Part shown: one piece after another, positions 19,123-30,194 of the stretch
Layout: each line of letters opens with the position of its first letter
Numbering within the stretch: position 1 is the stretch's first letter
Source of the DNA: an uncultured Alphaproteobacteria bacterium
Lineage (GTDB): Bacteria; Pseudomonadota; Alphaproteobacteria; Rhodobacterales; Rhodobacteraceae
Assembly (NCBI GenBank): GCA_963768355.1
Contig: CAVYHT010000026.1
Span: forward strand, 1,536-65,535
Direction: 5' to 3'
Length of the DNA stretch: 64,000 bases
Translations under genes and position numbers: made by a program
The notes under the pieces: model-generated
Told to the model about the DNA's origin: nothing
Database searches by the model: none
Seen by the model: the letters and a program-made list of their open reading frames with translations, nothing else

Positions 19123-21581
19123 TCAGGCGCGCACCCGCTCTGACTTGGGGTCATAGAGCGGTTTCAGCGAGGCTTCCGCCGGAACGCGCCGGCCCGCGAT
19201 TTCAATCTCGTAGCTGCTGGACAGAACGTCAGCGGCGGACTGGCCCTCGCAGGGCACATAGCCCATGCCGATGGCGCCGCCGAGGTGGTGGCCGTAATTG
19301 CCCGAGGTGATGATCGAGACGATCTTGCCGTCGCGCACCAAAGCCTCGTTGTGGAACAGGAACGGTTCGGGATCCTGAAGCCGGAACTGCACCATGCGGC
19401 GGTTCAGGCCGTCTTCCTTCTTGCGCAACACTGCGTCACGGCCAATGAAATCGCCCTTGTCGGGTTTGACGGCAAAGCCAAGACCAGCTTCCAGCACGTG
19501 ATCCTCGTCGGTGATGTCATGGCCGAAATGGCGGAACGCCTTTTCGATCCGACAGGAATCCAGCGTGTGCAGGCCCGCAAGCGTCAGGCCGTGCAGCTCG
19601 CCCGCTTCCATCAGCGTCTCGAAGACATGGGCCGTCTGGTCGGTCGGCACGTAGATTTCCCAGCCAAGTTCGCCGACGTAAGTGACGCGGTGGGCGCGGG
19701 CAAGACCCATGCCGATCTCGATTTCGCGGGCGGTTCCAAAGGGATGCGCGTCGTTCGAAAAATCGTTCGGGCTGACGGATTGCAGCAACGCACGGGCATT
19801 CGGCCCCATGACGCAAAGGACGGACTCGGCGGCGGTCACATCGGTGATGATGGCGAAAGCGTCACCGACATGGCGGCGAAGCCAGGCGAGGTCACGTTGC
19901 AGGGTCGCGCGCAGGAACGATCAAGCAGGTAGGCGGTTTCCGACAGCCGGGTCACTGTCAGATCGCATTCGATGCCGCCGCGCGCGTTCAGCATCTGGCG
20001 TATAGGTGATGCGACCCGTTTCCGCGTCGATATCGTTGGCGCACATCCTTTGCAGAAAGGCCGTGGCATCGCGGCCCTCGACCCGGATCTTGCCGAACGA
20101 GGTCATGTCGAACAGGCCGACCTTTTCGCGCACCGCCATATGTTCTGTGCGGTGGTTGTCGAACCAGTTCTGGCCGTGCCAGTCGTATTCGTATTCGCGC
20201 TCTTGCCCGGCTTGGCGAACCAGTTGGCGCGTTCCCAGCCGGCGAGCTCGCCGAACACCGCACCCCGATCCGCCAGATGCTGGTGGATCGGCGAACGGCG
20301 GATGCCGCGCGCGGTGTCGACCTGCCGGTAGGGGTAGTGGTCGGCGTAAAGCAGCCCCAGCGTCTCGGTGACGCGTTCCTTCAGGTAGCGGCGGTTCTTC
20401 TGGAACGGCTGCGCGCGGCGGATATCGACCTCCCACAGATCGAAGGGCGCCTCGCCGTCGTTCATCCATTGCGCCAGCGCGAAGCCGGCGCCACCGGACG
20501 ACACGATGCCGATGGAGTTGTAGCCTGCGGCGATCCAGTAGCCCGAAACCTCCGGCGCTTCGCCAAGGTAGTAGCGGTCGTCGGGAGTGAAGCTTTCGGG
20601 GCCATTGAAGAAGGTGTGGATGCCCGCAGTCGGCGAGGAACGGCATCCGGTTGACCGCAGCCTCGAGGATCGGCTCGAAATGGTCGAAATCCTCTGGCAA
20701 CTGGTCAAAGCAGAAATCCTCGGAAATGCCCGTCCATGCCCCAGGGTTTGGCCACAGGCTCGAACGCGCCCAGCAGCATCTTGCCGGCGTCTTCCTTGTA
20801 GTAGGCGCATTCATCAGGCACACGCAGGCCGGGCAGGTTCGCAAGACCCGCGACAGGTTCGGTGACGATGTAGAAATGCTCGCAGGCATGCAGCGGCAGG
20901 GTGACACCGTTTTGCGCCGCCAGATCCCGGCCCCACATGCCGCCGCAATTCACCACGAGGTCGGCGGCGATATGCCCGGTCTCGGCACCTTGCGCCCAAT
21001 CGACACCGGTGACCTTGCCGTCCCTGGTCGTGACCTTCGTGACCTTGACGCCCTCGATGATCTTCGCGCCGTTCTGCCGCGCACCCTTGGCCAGAGCCAT
21101 GGCGATATTGGCCGGGTCGCATTGACCGTCCTTCGGCAGATGAACCGCGCCGACCACATCTCGATACATTGAGATGCGGATAGATCGCCTTTAGGCTCCG
21201 TTCGGGCTGATTTCCTGCACATCGACGTCGAAGGCGCGGGCCAGCGTCGCCTGGCGCAGGATCTCTTCCTGCCGGTGTTCGGTCAGTGCGACGGTGATCG
21301 AGCCGTTCTGCCGCATCCCCGTGGCGACGCCGGTTTCGGCCTCCAGCTTGACGTAGAGCTCGGCGGAATATTTCGCCAGCCGTGTCATGTTCTGGCTGGG
21401 GCGCAACTGGCCGATCAGGCCCGGCGGCATGCCATGTGGTGCCGCAGGTCAGCTGCTTGCGTTCCAGCAGCACGATGTCGTTCCAGCCGAGTTTCGCCAG
21501 ATGATAGGCGACGGAACAGCCCGAGACGCCGCCGCCAATGATGACGACGCGGGCATGGGTGGGGATGTTGGAAGGGTTCAT
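19123..21581 (-). CDS. dimethylglycine/sarcosine dehydrogenase-type enzyme (FAD DAO domain plus GcvT aminomethyltransferase domain); at least 9 frameshifts
   Basis: N-terminus [54 protein letters not shown] (ATG 21581). Fragments lie in ORFs 21191..21430, 20705..21169, 20103..20810, 19921..20907 and 19836..20069. The intact C-terminal 238 aa is ORF 19123..19839 (..[12 protein letters not shown]..). Confidence 0.85.
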
Positions 21582-21582
21582 G

Positions 21583-22477
21583 TCAGATAATCCTATGGCC
21601 AGCCGCCTGAAGAGTGCGGGAGAGTTCGGCGATATGGGCCGGGCCAACTTCGCAGCAGCCGCCGACGATGGTGGCGCCTTGATCGACCCACTTGAGGGCG
21701 TGCGCAGCATAGGCTTCGGGGCCGAGATCGCGGCGGGACTGAAGGCTGTCGACGGTTGGTTTGTCCGTCAGGAAATCCTTGGTAATCTGCTGAAAGCCGT
21801 TGGCATAAGCGCCGTATGGCAAGCCGCAGGCGGCGAGTGCCTTTAGGGCTGCGTGCATCAGCCTCGGGTGCCGAACAGTTGGCGAGGATTGCCTTTGCGC
21901 CTTTGGCAGCGATAGCGCAGATGTCGGCACAGGCTCGCCCGAACGCAGTTTGCTACCATCCTCGTCATCGACCGTCACGGCAAGCCAGACCGGTTTGCCA
22001 GCGGTCAGCGCGCCTTCCAGCACTGCTTTGGCATGGGCCAGCGAGGCGACGGTTTCGCAAAGGATCAGATCAACCTGTGGTCCAAGCAGCCTGTGCCACC
22101 TCGGCATATTTCGCCACCGCCTCGGCATGTGGCGGATGCGTGTCGGGCCGATAAGACGCGACCAGCGGGCCGATAGACCCCGCGATGCGGCCGCTGCCAT
22201 GAACGGCGCGGGCGGCCTTCGCTTCGCCCAACGCGTTCTGGTGGAGGGTGACGAACTGGTCGTCTAGACCGTCATCGGTCAGGCGGTCGTGGTGGATGGC
22301 GTATGTGTTGGTCGTGGCGATACTTGCCCCGGCCTTGAAATATTCAGCGTGGATCGCTTGCACCAAACCGGGATGGTCCAGCATCACCCGCGTGGCCCAA
22401 AGGTTGGTCGGTGCATCGCCCGACCGATGCACAAGCTCTTGCCCCATGCCGCCGTCAAGCAGGACGATATCGGTCAT
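21583..22477 (-). CDS. homocysteine S-methyltransferase family protein (betaine-homocysteine methyltransferase-like); 2-3 frameshifts
   Basis: [55 protein letters not shown] (ORF 22070..22477). The C-part is ORF 21583..22200 with ..[15 protein letters not shown] (Zn-binding GGCC motif). Confidence 0.8.
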
Positions 22478-23103
22478 TACCGGGACCCTTGGCTAAGGTC
22501 ATTCGATGCAAAAAGCGCCGCCGCCGCAATCATCAGCGGGCCAGAGATGCGGTTAATGCGCAGGCCGGTCAGGTTGCGGATTCGGCCGATTGTGCGTTCC
22601 GCGCTCCACCCCCAAAGTACCAGCGTCAGGCCATCGACCGCCAGATAGGTGGCACCAAGAATCAGAAGCTGCGGGGCGATAGGTTGGCTTGCATCAATGA
22701 ATTGTGGAAAGAGAGCGCCGAAGAACACCACCGCATAGGGATTGGCCGAAGAGGTCAGGAATTCCTGTCGGAAAAGGTGACGGGGCTGGGTTTTCGGCTC
22801 TGCGGCCCCTGACTTGCCGGATCGCAGGATCAGCGTCAGGCCGATCCATGCCAGATAGGCGACGCCGACCCATTTGACGACGGCCAGCGCATCGGCAGAG
22901 GCCGCGATCAGAGCGGTCAGGCCAAACGCAGCGGCGGTCATTTGCAGCACGTTGGCTGACAGGTCACCCGCCACGGTCGCCAGAGCGCGACGCAAGCCAC
23001 GGCGTAGACTGTTCGAGATGATCAGCAATTGGCTGGTATCGGGCGGGGTTGCGAAAAACGCCGCGAGGACACCAATATAAAGCAGGTAGGTTTCCGGCGT
23101 CAT
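22477..23103 (-). CDS. LysE/RhtB family amino-acid exporter
   Basis: Intact; starts at the ATG at 23103 (MTPETYLLYIGVLAAFFATPPDTSQLLIISNSL..). The ATGA overlaps the upstream stop, and its stop overlaps the downstream ATG (TAATG). Confidence 0.8.
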   Translation of the reverse strand: MTPETYLLYIGVLAAFFATPPDTSQLLIISNSLRRGLRRALATVAGDLSANVLQMTAAAFGLTALIAASADALAVVKWVGVAYLAWIGLTLILRSGKSGAAEPKTQPRHLFRQEFLTSSANPYAVVFFGALFPQFIDASQPIAPQLLILGATYLAVDGLTLVLWGWSAERTIGRIRNLTGLRINRISGPLMIAAAALFASNDLSQGSR

Positions 23104-25547
23104 GCCCGTATCCGCTCGTTCTTCGGATCCCACAGCGGGGCGTCGGGCTGAACGGTGGCGGCGTGACGCTGACCGAAAATCTCAACCTCAAGTTTGGTGC
23201 CCGGTTCCGTCAAGTCGACGCGGAGCATGCCAAGGGCGATACAGGCATCAACTCGGTACCCCCAGCCGCCAGAGGTGGTTTCACCCACGACCTGCCCGTC
23301 ATGCCAAAGGGTCGACATATAGGGTGGATCGGCATCACCTGCATCCACGGTCAGGGTGACGAAACGTTTTGAGACGCCTTGCTGTTTTTCGTTCTGCAAC
23401 GCCGCCTTGCCGGGGAAATCCTGCGGCTTGTCGAGTTTCACGAAACGGTCGAGGCCGCCTTGCAGCAGCGTGTAATCGGTCGACAGATCGCCTTTCCAGG
23501 CGCGGTAACCCTTTTCCAGACGCAGGCTATTGAGGGCGAACATCCCGAAGGGTTTGGCCCCTGCCCCGGTCACGGCGTCCCAGATTGCGGGCGCGTCGAC
23601 GGGATCACAGTGGATTTCCCAACCAAGCTCGCCCGCGAAGGACACGCGGATGAGCGCGCAGGCTTTGCCCGTAACCTGACCATCGAAGCTGACAGAAAGC
23701 CAAGGCGCGTTCAGGTCATGGTCGGTCAGCGAGGCAAGCACCTCGCGCGCCTTCGGGCCGGTGACCAGCAGGCATTCAACCTTGTCTGTGTGGTCCGTAA
23801 TGGTGATGCCTTCAGGGGCCTGACGTGAAAGCAACTCTGCATCGTGCCATTGCGCGACGGCAGCTGTGATCAGCCCAATTTCATCCGGGCCGTGCACCAT
23901 AATGGACATTTCGGTCAGGATCCGGCCGCGACTGTCGGGAAAGTAGATCAGGCCGATCTTGCCCTCGGGCGGCAGGCGCGAGGCGGTCAGGCTGTCGACG
24001 AAATCACGCGCGCCGGGCCCTTCGACCTTGAGGCGGCTGAACCCGGAAATGGCAAGGATGCCGCAGCCGTCGCGGACGGCTTCGCATTCCGCCTTGATCC
24101 GCGGTTCCCACGGGCCGTTGCGGCCCCAGGTCTGGCTGGCCTCCCAAGACGTGTCGTCACCCGGCTTAGCAAACCAGTCGGCGCGTTCCCAACCGTTATA
24201 GGCACCGAAAACTGCACCAGCCTCCTGCAACCGCGAATGCAATGTCGAAAGCCGCTTGTCTTTGCCAGCGGGCCAGCGGGCATGAGGAAAGTGCATCGCA
24301 TACTCGTGGCCATAGGTTTCCACAGCCTTGGCAAGGCAATATTCGTGATCAGCAAAACTGGTGTAGCGGCGCGGGTCGACGGCCCACATGTCATGCTCTG
24401 TTTCGCCTTGCATGATCCATTCGGACAGCACTTTGCCTGCACCGCCGCCCTGAGCGATACCGAAGGTGAACGAATGCGCCTCGAACGCGTTTTTCACGCC
24501 GGGCATCGGCCCGATCATCGGCAGGCCGTCCGGGGCATAAGGGATCGGGCCATTGATCACCCGACCGACGCCAGCCGTACCCAGCGCCGGAACACGGGCC
24601 ATCGCGTCCTCGATATACCATTCCAGGCGATCGAGATCGTCGGGGTAAAGCTGAAAGCTGAAGTCTTCGGGCATCGGATCGTCGGGCGTGACCCAGTGCG
24701 CCTTGCAGTTACGCTCGTAGGGGCCGAGGTTCAGGCCGGCCTTGTCCTGACGCAGATAATACGACGTATCGACGTCGCGGATCATCGGCATCTTGTGACC
24801 TTTTTCCTTGGTCCAGGCGGCCAGTTCCGGGATCTCGTCGGTCAGGAAATACTGATGCGACATGACCACCATCGGCACGGTGCGGCCGCCGAATGGCTTG
24901 AACATCTCTCCGACGCGCTGCGCATAATATCCAGCGCAGTTAGCGACATATTGGCAGCGGATATCACCCTTCGCGGTCTTGACGATCCATTCATCTCCAT
25001 CACGTTCGATCCCGATCACCGGACAAAACCGCTCGATCCTTCCGCCAGCGTCGCGCGCGCCCTTGGCCAAAGCCTGGGTCAGCTGCGCCGGGTCAATGTC
25101 GCCATCCAGGGGATCCCAAAGACCGCCTGCCAGCTCATGGGTTTCCATGAACGGATTCAGGTCTTTTAGCTCTGCCGGGGTACAGATATCCATTTGCAGG
25201 CCCTGATAGCGGCCCATGCCGGCAACGCGTTCAAATTCCTGCATCCGCTCCTTGGTATGCGCCAGCCGGATTGCACCAGTGACGTGGTAGTTCATCGGAT
25301 ATCCGACATCGTCGCCCAGCGTGCGATACATCGACGCCGAATAACGTTGCATGTTCATCACCGCCCACGACCCGGCGAAGTTTGGCACATTGCCTGCCGC
25401 ATGCCAGGTGGAGCCCGAGGTCAGTTCGTTCTTTTCCAGAAGCAGGCAATCGCTCCAGCCGGCCTTGGCCAGATGATAGAGCGCCGAGGTTCCGACGACA
25501 CCGCCACCGATGATGACCACGCGCGCCTGAGTCGGTAGCTCTGCCAT
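23100..25547 (-). CDS. dimethylglycine/sarcosine dehydrogenase-type FAD oxidoreductase with C-terminal GcvT folate-binding domain (intact, 815 aa)
   Basis: [52 protein letters not shown].. (FAD dinucleotide fold), ..FAGELGWEIH.. and ..LRLEKGY.. (GcvT motifs). Paralog of 19123..21581. Confidence 0.88.
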   Translation of the reverse strand: MAELPTQARVVIIGGGVVGTSALYHLAKAGWSDCLLLEKNELTSGSTWHAAGNVPNFAGSWAVMNMQRYSASMYRTLGDDVGYPMNYHVTGAIRLAHTKERMQEFERVAGMGRYQGLQMDICTPAELKDLNPFMETHELAGGLWDPLDGDIDPAQLTQALAKGARDAGGRIERFCPVIGIERDGDEWIVKTAKGDIRCQYVANCAGYYAQRVGEMFKPFGGRTVPMVVMSHQYFLTDEIPELAAWTKEKGHKMPMIRDVDTSYYLRQDKAGLNLGPYERNCKAHWVTPDDPMPEDFSFQLYPDDLDRLEWYIEDAMARVPALGTAGVGRVINGPIPYAPDGLPMIGPMPGVKNAFEAHSFTFGIAQGGGAGKVLSEWIMQGETEHDMWAVDPRRYTSFADHEYCLAKAVETYGHEYAMHFPHARWPAGKDKRLSTLHSRLQEAGAVFGAYNGWERADWFAKPGDDTSWEASQTWGRNGPWEPRIKAECEAVRDGCGILAISGFSRLKVEGPGARDFVDSLTASRLPPEGKIGLIYFPDSRGRILTEMSIMVHGPDEIGLITAAVAQWHDAELLSRQAPEGITITDHTDKVECLLVTGPKAREVLASLTDHDLNAPWLSVSFDGQVTGKACALIRVSFAGELGWEIHCDPVDAPAIWDAVTGAGAKPFGMFALNSLRLEKGYRAWKGDLSTDYTLLQGGLDRFVKLDKPQDFPGKAALQNEKQQGVSKRFVTLTVDAGDADPPYMSTLWHDGQVVGETTSGGWGYRVDACIALGMLRVDLTEPGTKLEVEIFGQRHAATVQPDAPLWDPKNERIRA

Positions 25548-25624
25548 GATGTCCCCCGCTGATATGCACCCCGCAGCCTATCTGCAGCGGCACAAAATGC
25601 AATTCAACAAACCATTGCTTATTG

Positions 25625-25639
25625 ATCGGTATTTTCGAT
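25625..25639. promoter_or_regulatory. candidate LysR-type binding dyad (T-N11-A) in the divergent promoter region
   Basis: ATCGGTATTTTCGAT (ATCG-N7-CGAT, containing T-N11-A) lies between the divergent starts at 25547 and 25672 in an AT-rich spacer. This is a pattern match only. Confidence 0.25.
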
Positions 25640-25671
25640 TAGTATGACCGGATAACCATTGGAGCGACGAA

Positions 25672-26526
25672 ATGAACATTGACCAGGTGTTGACGTTTCT
25701 CGATCTCGTCGAGAGCAACAGTTTCAACGCGACCGCAGAACGGCTTGGGGTCACGCAATCCACGATCTCAAGTCGAGTGCAGGCCCTTGAGGCGGCTCTT
25801 GGCAAGCGTCTGTTCAACCGCAGCAAGGCAGGCACCCGGCTGACCACCGCAGGGTCGCGGTTCGCCCATCATGCGCGGTCGTTGCAGCAGGAATGGAACG
25901 AGGCGCAGCGCTCTGTCCAGAGTGCGGACAACTTCGCGCGGTCGCTGAGAATCGGCGTTCAGATGGACATTGCGTCGGATGCGATCGGGCGGTGGGTGCC
26001 ATTGTTTCGCAAGGCGATGCCGGATACGTCATTCTATATCGAACCCGACTACTCGATCCAGATGAGCGCCGACCTGTTGGCAGGCGGACTTGATATCGGG
26101 ATCATGTTCGCGCCACGGCACTTTCCGGACCTGCACAACGAGAGGGTCGGCGATATCACCTACCGTATGGTCAGCACTCAGACCGACCGGCTGTCGGATG
26201 TCACTCCGGGAAGCTACATCTACGGAAATTACACGCCAGCTTTCGATCAGGCCCACCGGCGGCTTTTGCCCGATCACGCCCGCGCGGCGCCGGTTGCCTG
26301 CGGCCAATCGAGCGCTGTCGCGGCGCTGTTGCTAGCGCTAGGCGGGTCGGCCTATGTGTTGCAGGAAACCGCGCGTGATCTGGTTGCCGCCGGCCGGGGG
26401 CGCTTCGTCGCGGATGCCGAGCCGATCCCTCAGTCGGTTTATCTTGCGGTTCACATCCGGCACCGGCACAGCCAGGCGACGCGCAAGGTTCTGGCGATCG
26501 TGAAGAACGAGTTCGGTTTCTCCTGA
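25672..26526 (+). CDS. LysR family transcriptional regulator
   Basis: Intact 284 aa. N-terminal wHTH MNIDQVLTFLDLVESNSFNATAERLGVTQSTISSRVQALEAALGKRLFNRS. Divergent from the DMGDH-type operon. Confidence 0.9.
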   Translation: MNIDQVLTFLDLVESNSFNATAERLGVTQSTISSRVQALEAALGKRLFNRSKAGTRLTTAGSRFAHHARSLQQEWNEAQRSVQSADNFARSLRIGVQMDIASDAIGRWVPLFRKAMPDTSFYIEPDYSIQMSADLLAGGLDIGIMFAPRHFPDLHNERVGDITYRMVSTQTDRLSDVTPGSYIYGNYTPAFDQAHRRLLPDHARAAPVACGQSSAVAALLLALGGSAYVLQETARDLVAAGRGRFVADAEPIPQSVYLAVHIRHRHSQATRKVLAIVKNEFGFS

Positions 26527-26701
26527 CCTGTGGCGGTTCGCAAGCTTGAACGCGACCTGTTTCGGGATGTGGGCGGGTTCGAACAGCTTCCTACTCACAC
26601 CACTGAGCGAGTCCAATTTGGGCGATGCACCAAAATTCGTACGGGATTTCGGACTGAATCTGCCGTTAAACTTGGCAGTACGCGGCAGGCCAGTAGACGG
26701 G

Positions 26702-27643
26702 TCAGTCGGCCAGATCGCCAGCCGTCGGCATCTGGCCTTCACCAAGCAGCGCAATGGCTTTGGTGATCCTGGCGAAACTGGCGCGGGCACGTTTGACGCT
26801 GTGGCGCGCACGCAGGTAGCCGTGGACGAGGCCGGGCTCGGTAATGGCAATCGCCTGTCCGCCGGCCCTCGTGATCCGGTCGGCATAAGTCGCGGCGTCA
26901 TCAGCCAAGGGATCGCATTCGGCGGCAACGGCAATTGTGGGCGGCAGGTTTTTGAAGTCGGTGTCTTGAAGTGGCGCGTAGGTCGGATCGGCCTGCGGAA
27001 CGGACCCACCGCTGCGCATATGTTCGTAGTAAAGAACATCGTCGCGGGTCAGCATCGGGGCCCCGGCATGCGTGAGAGTTGCCCCCTGATCGCGGTCGCC
27101 ACCGAGGCCGGGATAGATCAGCACCTGGCCGAGGATCCCGCTGTCGCGATTGGCGTGGGCGAGCGCCGCGGCAAGGTTGCCACCCGCACTGTCGCCGGCA
27201 AGGATGACCCACCTGCCGTGGCGGGCGCGGGCCCAGTTCAGCGCGGTCTGGGCATCGTCAAACGCCGCCGGATGGCGGTGTTCCGGCGAAAGGCGGTAGT
27301 CGACCGACAGAACATCATATCCAGTCGCCGCACAGATTTCGGCGCAGACATCGTCGTGGCTGTCCAGCCCGCCAACGACAAAACCGCCACCATGCATGTA
27401 AAGAACCAGCGGCCCCAGCCCGGCACCCGCCTTGCGATAGAGACGGACAGTAACCCCGCCTGCGTCATGATCCCTGGTCGTGATACCCGCCGGATGGCCG
27501 GTGAAGAACGCCCGGCACATCGCGTCATATATGCTGCGCTGCTCGGCGATGCTCTTGTCCGCCGCGTCGGGCGGATACCAGCGTTCAGTTTCGCGGATGA
27601 AGGCCCAGGTCTCGGCGTCGATAAGCTTGGCGTAGTCGACCAT
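26702..27643 (-). CDS. alpha/beta hydrolase, family IV (HSL-type) esterase
   Basis: Intact 313 aa with oxyanion motif HGGGF (LYMHGGGFVVG), nucleophile elbow GDSAGG, and a C-terminal ..DPL.D.. / ..HGY pattern. Confidence 0.85.
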   Translation of the reverse strand: MVDYAKLIDAETWAFIRETERWYPPDAADKSIAEQRSIYDAMCRAFFTGHPAGITTRDHDAGGVTVRLYRKAGAGLGPLVLYMHGGGFVVGGLDSHDDVCAEICAATGYDVLSVDYRLSPEHRHPAAFDDAQTALNWARARHGRWVILAGDSAGGNLAAALAHANRDSGILGQVLIYPGLGGDRDQGATLTHAGAPMLTRDDVLYYEHMRSGGSVPQADPTYAPLQDTDFKNLPPTIAVAAECDPLADDAATYADRITRAGGQAIAITEPGLVHGYLRARHSVKRARASFARITKAIALLGEGQMPTAGDLAD

Positions 27644-27644
27644 G

Positions 27645-28486
27645 TCAGTCCAAGGTCAGGAACGGTTTCGTGGTCATTGTATCGGGGATCTCTGCGCCCA
27701 TCCGACCCAGCAGGGTCGGCGCCAGAGCCAGTTGGTCCAGAACCGCACCCTCCTCAGGGCCATTGCCGCCACCAAACCAGTAGAAGGCCACGTCCTGCTG
27801 ATCCTCGCTACGCCCGCCATGATGGCCGCGATCCGATTGCCCGTGATCGGCGGTCACGATCACCTCATAGCCAGCCGCGCGCCAGAGCGGCAGGAAATGC
27901 GCCAGCATCCCGTCGATCATCGCACAGGCATTGTCCATCTCGACGCAGTCTTGACCGAATCGGTGGCCCATGCTGTCCAGCGTGCAGGTGTGCAGGATGC
28001 CGTAGTCGATGCCGAAGCGCTCGGTCAGCATGGTCAGCGTGGCGAACAGGTCGGCATCCGACGGCGTCATCTGGTTGTTCGCGCCGTAGCCGGTCATCGT
28101 GTGAAACCGGCCGTGCGTGATCGGGCCGTCGGGTTCGTCATATTCGATGTCGCGGACGAAATCGCAGGGCGCGCGGTTGAAGAAATCCGACCAGAACGAA
28201 TGCGCCACGGCGCCGGTCTTACCGCCCGCCGCCTTCACCTGTCCGAAAATATCGGGCTGGCTCGACGCGGAACAGCGCTCTCGTTGGTTACGACGCCGTG
28301 CACCTGCGGGCTGACGCCGGTATGGATCGAGGCATAGCAACAGGCCGAGGTCGAGGGCAGGACCGAACGCATCTTCCAGACCCGCGCCTCGCCCGATTGC
28401 ACCCAGCCTTCCAGATTGCCGTTCAACCGCCGGGCAATGCGCCAGGGCACGCCGTCAAGGATGATCAGAAGAGCCTTGTTTTTCAT
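27645..28486 (-). CDS. alkaline-phosphatase superfamily protein, nucleotide pyrophosphatase/phosphodiesterase (NPP)-like (one frameshift near 28280)
   Basis: ORF 28235..28486 reads [16 protein letters not shown]...SVLPSTSACCYASIHTGVSP (metal ligand Asp plus Thr nucleophile context). ORF 27645..28340 reads ..LHTCTLDSMGHRFG.. and ..VIVTADHGQSDRGHHGG. Confidence 0.75.
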
Positions 28487-30194
28487 CGAACGATTACGAC
28501 TTCATTGTCTTCCAAGTAGCTCCTGCGCGCGGCGCAACGCCTCAGTTCCCGGCGCTTTCCATCTTGCGGTGCTCCATGCACCTCTTCCAGCCAGCCGAGC
28601 TTCATCTCCGGCACCGAGCGACAGCAGCAGGTCGGTGTAGTCGTCGAACGGCGGCGACAGCACCTTCGATTTCGGGCCGTAGCGCACCACCTCGCCCTGA
28701 TACATCACCGCGATGCTGATCGGCGATGGCCCTCACCGTGGCCAGGTCGTGGGTGATGAACAGATAGGCCACGTCCTCGATCTTCTGCAGGTTCAGCAGC
28801 AGCTTCAGGATGCCGTCGGCGACCAGCGGATCGAGCGCGCGATGGTGACCTCGTCGCAGATGATCAGCTTGGGCTTGGCGGCCAGCGCGCGGGCGATGCA
28901 GACGCGCTGTTTCTGGCCGCCCGACAGCTCGGCCGGATAGCGGTCCATGAAACCCATCGCCCATTTCGATCTCGTCCAGCAGTTCCTGGATGCGTTCGCG
29001 TTTCGCTTGCGCCGCGCAGGCCGAAGTAGAACTCCAGCGGGCGGCCGATGATCGTGCCGACCGTCTGGCGCGGGTTCATCGCGGTGTCGGCCATCTGGTA
29101 GATCATCTGCAATTCGCGCAGATCTTCCTTGCTGCGCTGCGCCAGCGCCGGGCGTCAGCGTGCGCCCGGCAAAGGTGATCGTGCCCTCGAACGGCGGCAG
29201 CAGCCCGGTGATGCACGCGCGCCAGCGTCGATTTGCCCGAGCCGCTTTCGCCGACGACGGCCAGGGTCTGGCCGGGATGCAGCTCGACCGATGACGTCCT
29301 TCAGCACGTCGAACTCGGTGCCCGTAGCGCGCGGTGATGTTGCGACGCATCAGCACCGGGTTCTCGGTCGGCTTCTTTTCCTCATGCTCGATCGAGCGGA
29401 CCGAGACCAGCGCCTGGGTGTAGTCTTCTTGCGGGTTGTTGATGATCTGATCGGTGGTGCCGTATTCGACCATCTGCGCCGCTGTCGCAGCACCATGATG
29501 TCGTCGCGAGACCTGCGCCACCACGGCAAGGTCGTGGGTGATGTAAAGCGCGGCCACGCCGGTGTCGCGGATCGCTTCCTTGATCGCGGCCAGAACGTCG
29601 ATCTGGGTGGTCACGTCGAGCGCCGTGGTCGGTTCGTCGAAGACGACCAGGTCGGGTTCGGGGCACAGCGCCATGCGCCGTCATGCCGCGCTGCAACTGA
29701 CCGCCCGAGACCTGGTGCGGATAGCGGTGGCCGATAGTTTTCGGGATCCGGCAGGCCAAGCTTGCGAAACAGCTCGACGGCGCGGGCCTCGGCCTCTTTG
29801 GCGTTGGCAACGCCATGCTCGAGCGCGGCCTCGATCACCTGTTCCATCAGCTTCTTGGCCGGGTTGAAGGCGGCGGCGGCGGATTGGGCGACATAGGTCA
29901 CCTCGCCGCCGCGCAGCCTGCGCACGTCGCGCGACGCCGCCCTTCAGGATATCGCGGCCGTTGACCAAGACCTCGCCGCCGGTGATGCGCACGCCGCCGC
30001 GGCCATAGCCCATCGCGGACAGGCCGATGGTGGACTTGCCGGCACCGGATTCGCCGATCAGGCCCAGCACCTTGCCCTTTTCCAGCGTCAGCGAGACATC
30101 GTCGACGATCACGATATCCTTGGGCGGCTCGCCGGGCGGATAGACGGTCGCCTCGATCCTGCAGGTCTCGGATGTCGAGGAATGGGTCAGCCAC
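28483..30194 (-). CDS. ABC transporter ATP-binding protein, fused double ATPase of the peptide/opine/nickel (Dpp/Opp) type; many frameshifts
   Basis: GTG at 30194 ([17 protein letters not shown]..). The first Walker [13 protein letters not shown], is in ORF 29681..30526. [10 protein letters not shown], ..[10 protein letters not shown] and the second-domain pieces are in ORFs 29382..29816, 28805..29674 and 28602..28964. The end is taken where TGA overlaps the NPP ATG. Confidence 0.8.

Noticed and set aside
23844-25169. 441-aa + strand ORF opposite the intact DMGDH-type gene
   Set aside because: Same reasoning. It lies entirely inside a well-supported minus-strand gene and has no recognisable domain. 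The same applies to 37035..38363 (opposite betB), 42630..44075, 45851..47104, 49232..50563 (opposite RTX), 59077..60414 (opposite gnd) and 60664..61860 (opposite NUDIX/PiT).
26560-26600. tRNA-like GGTTCGAAC motif in the LysR/esterase intergenic region
   Set aside because: The flanking bases do not form a T-stem, and no acceptor, D or anticodon arms can be drawn. This is a chance match to the T-loop consensus.
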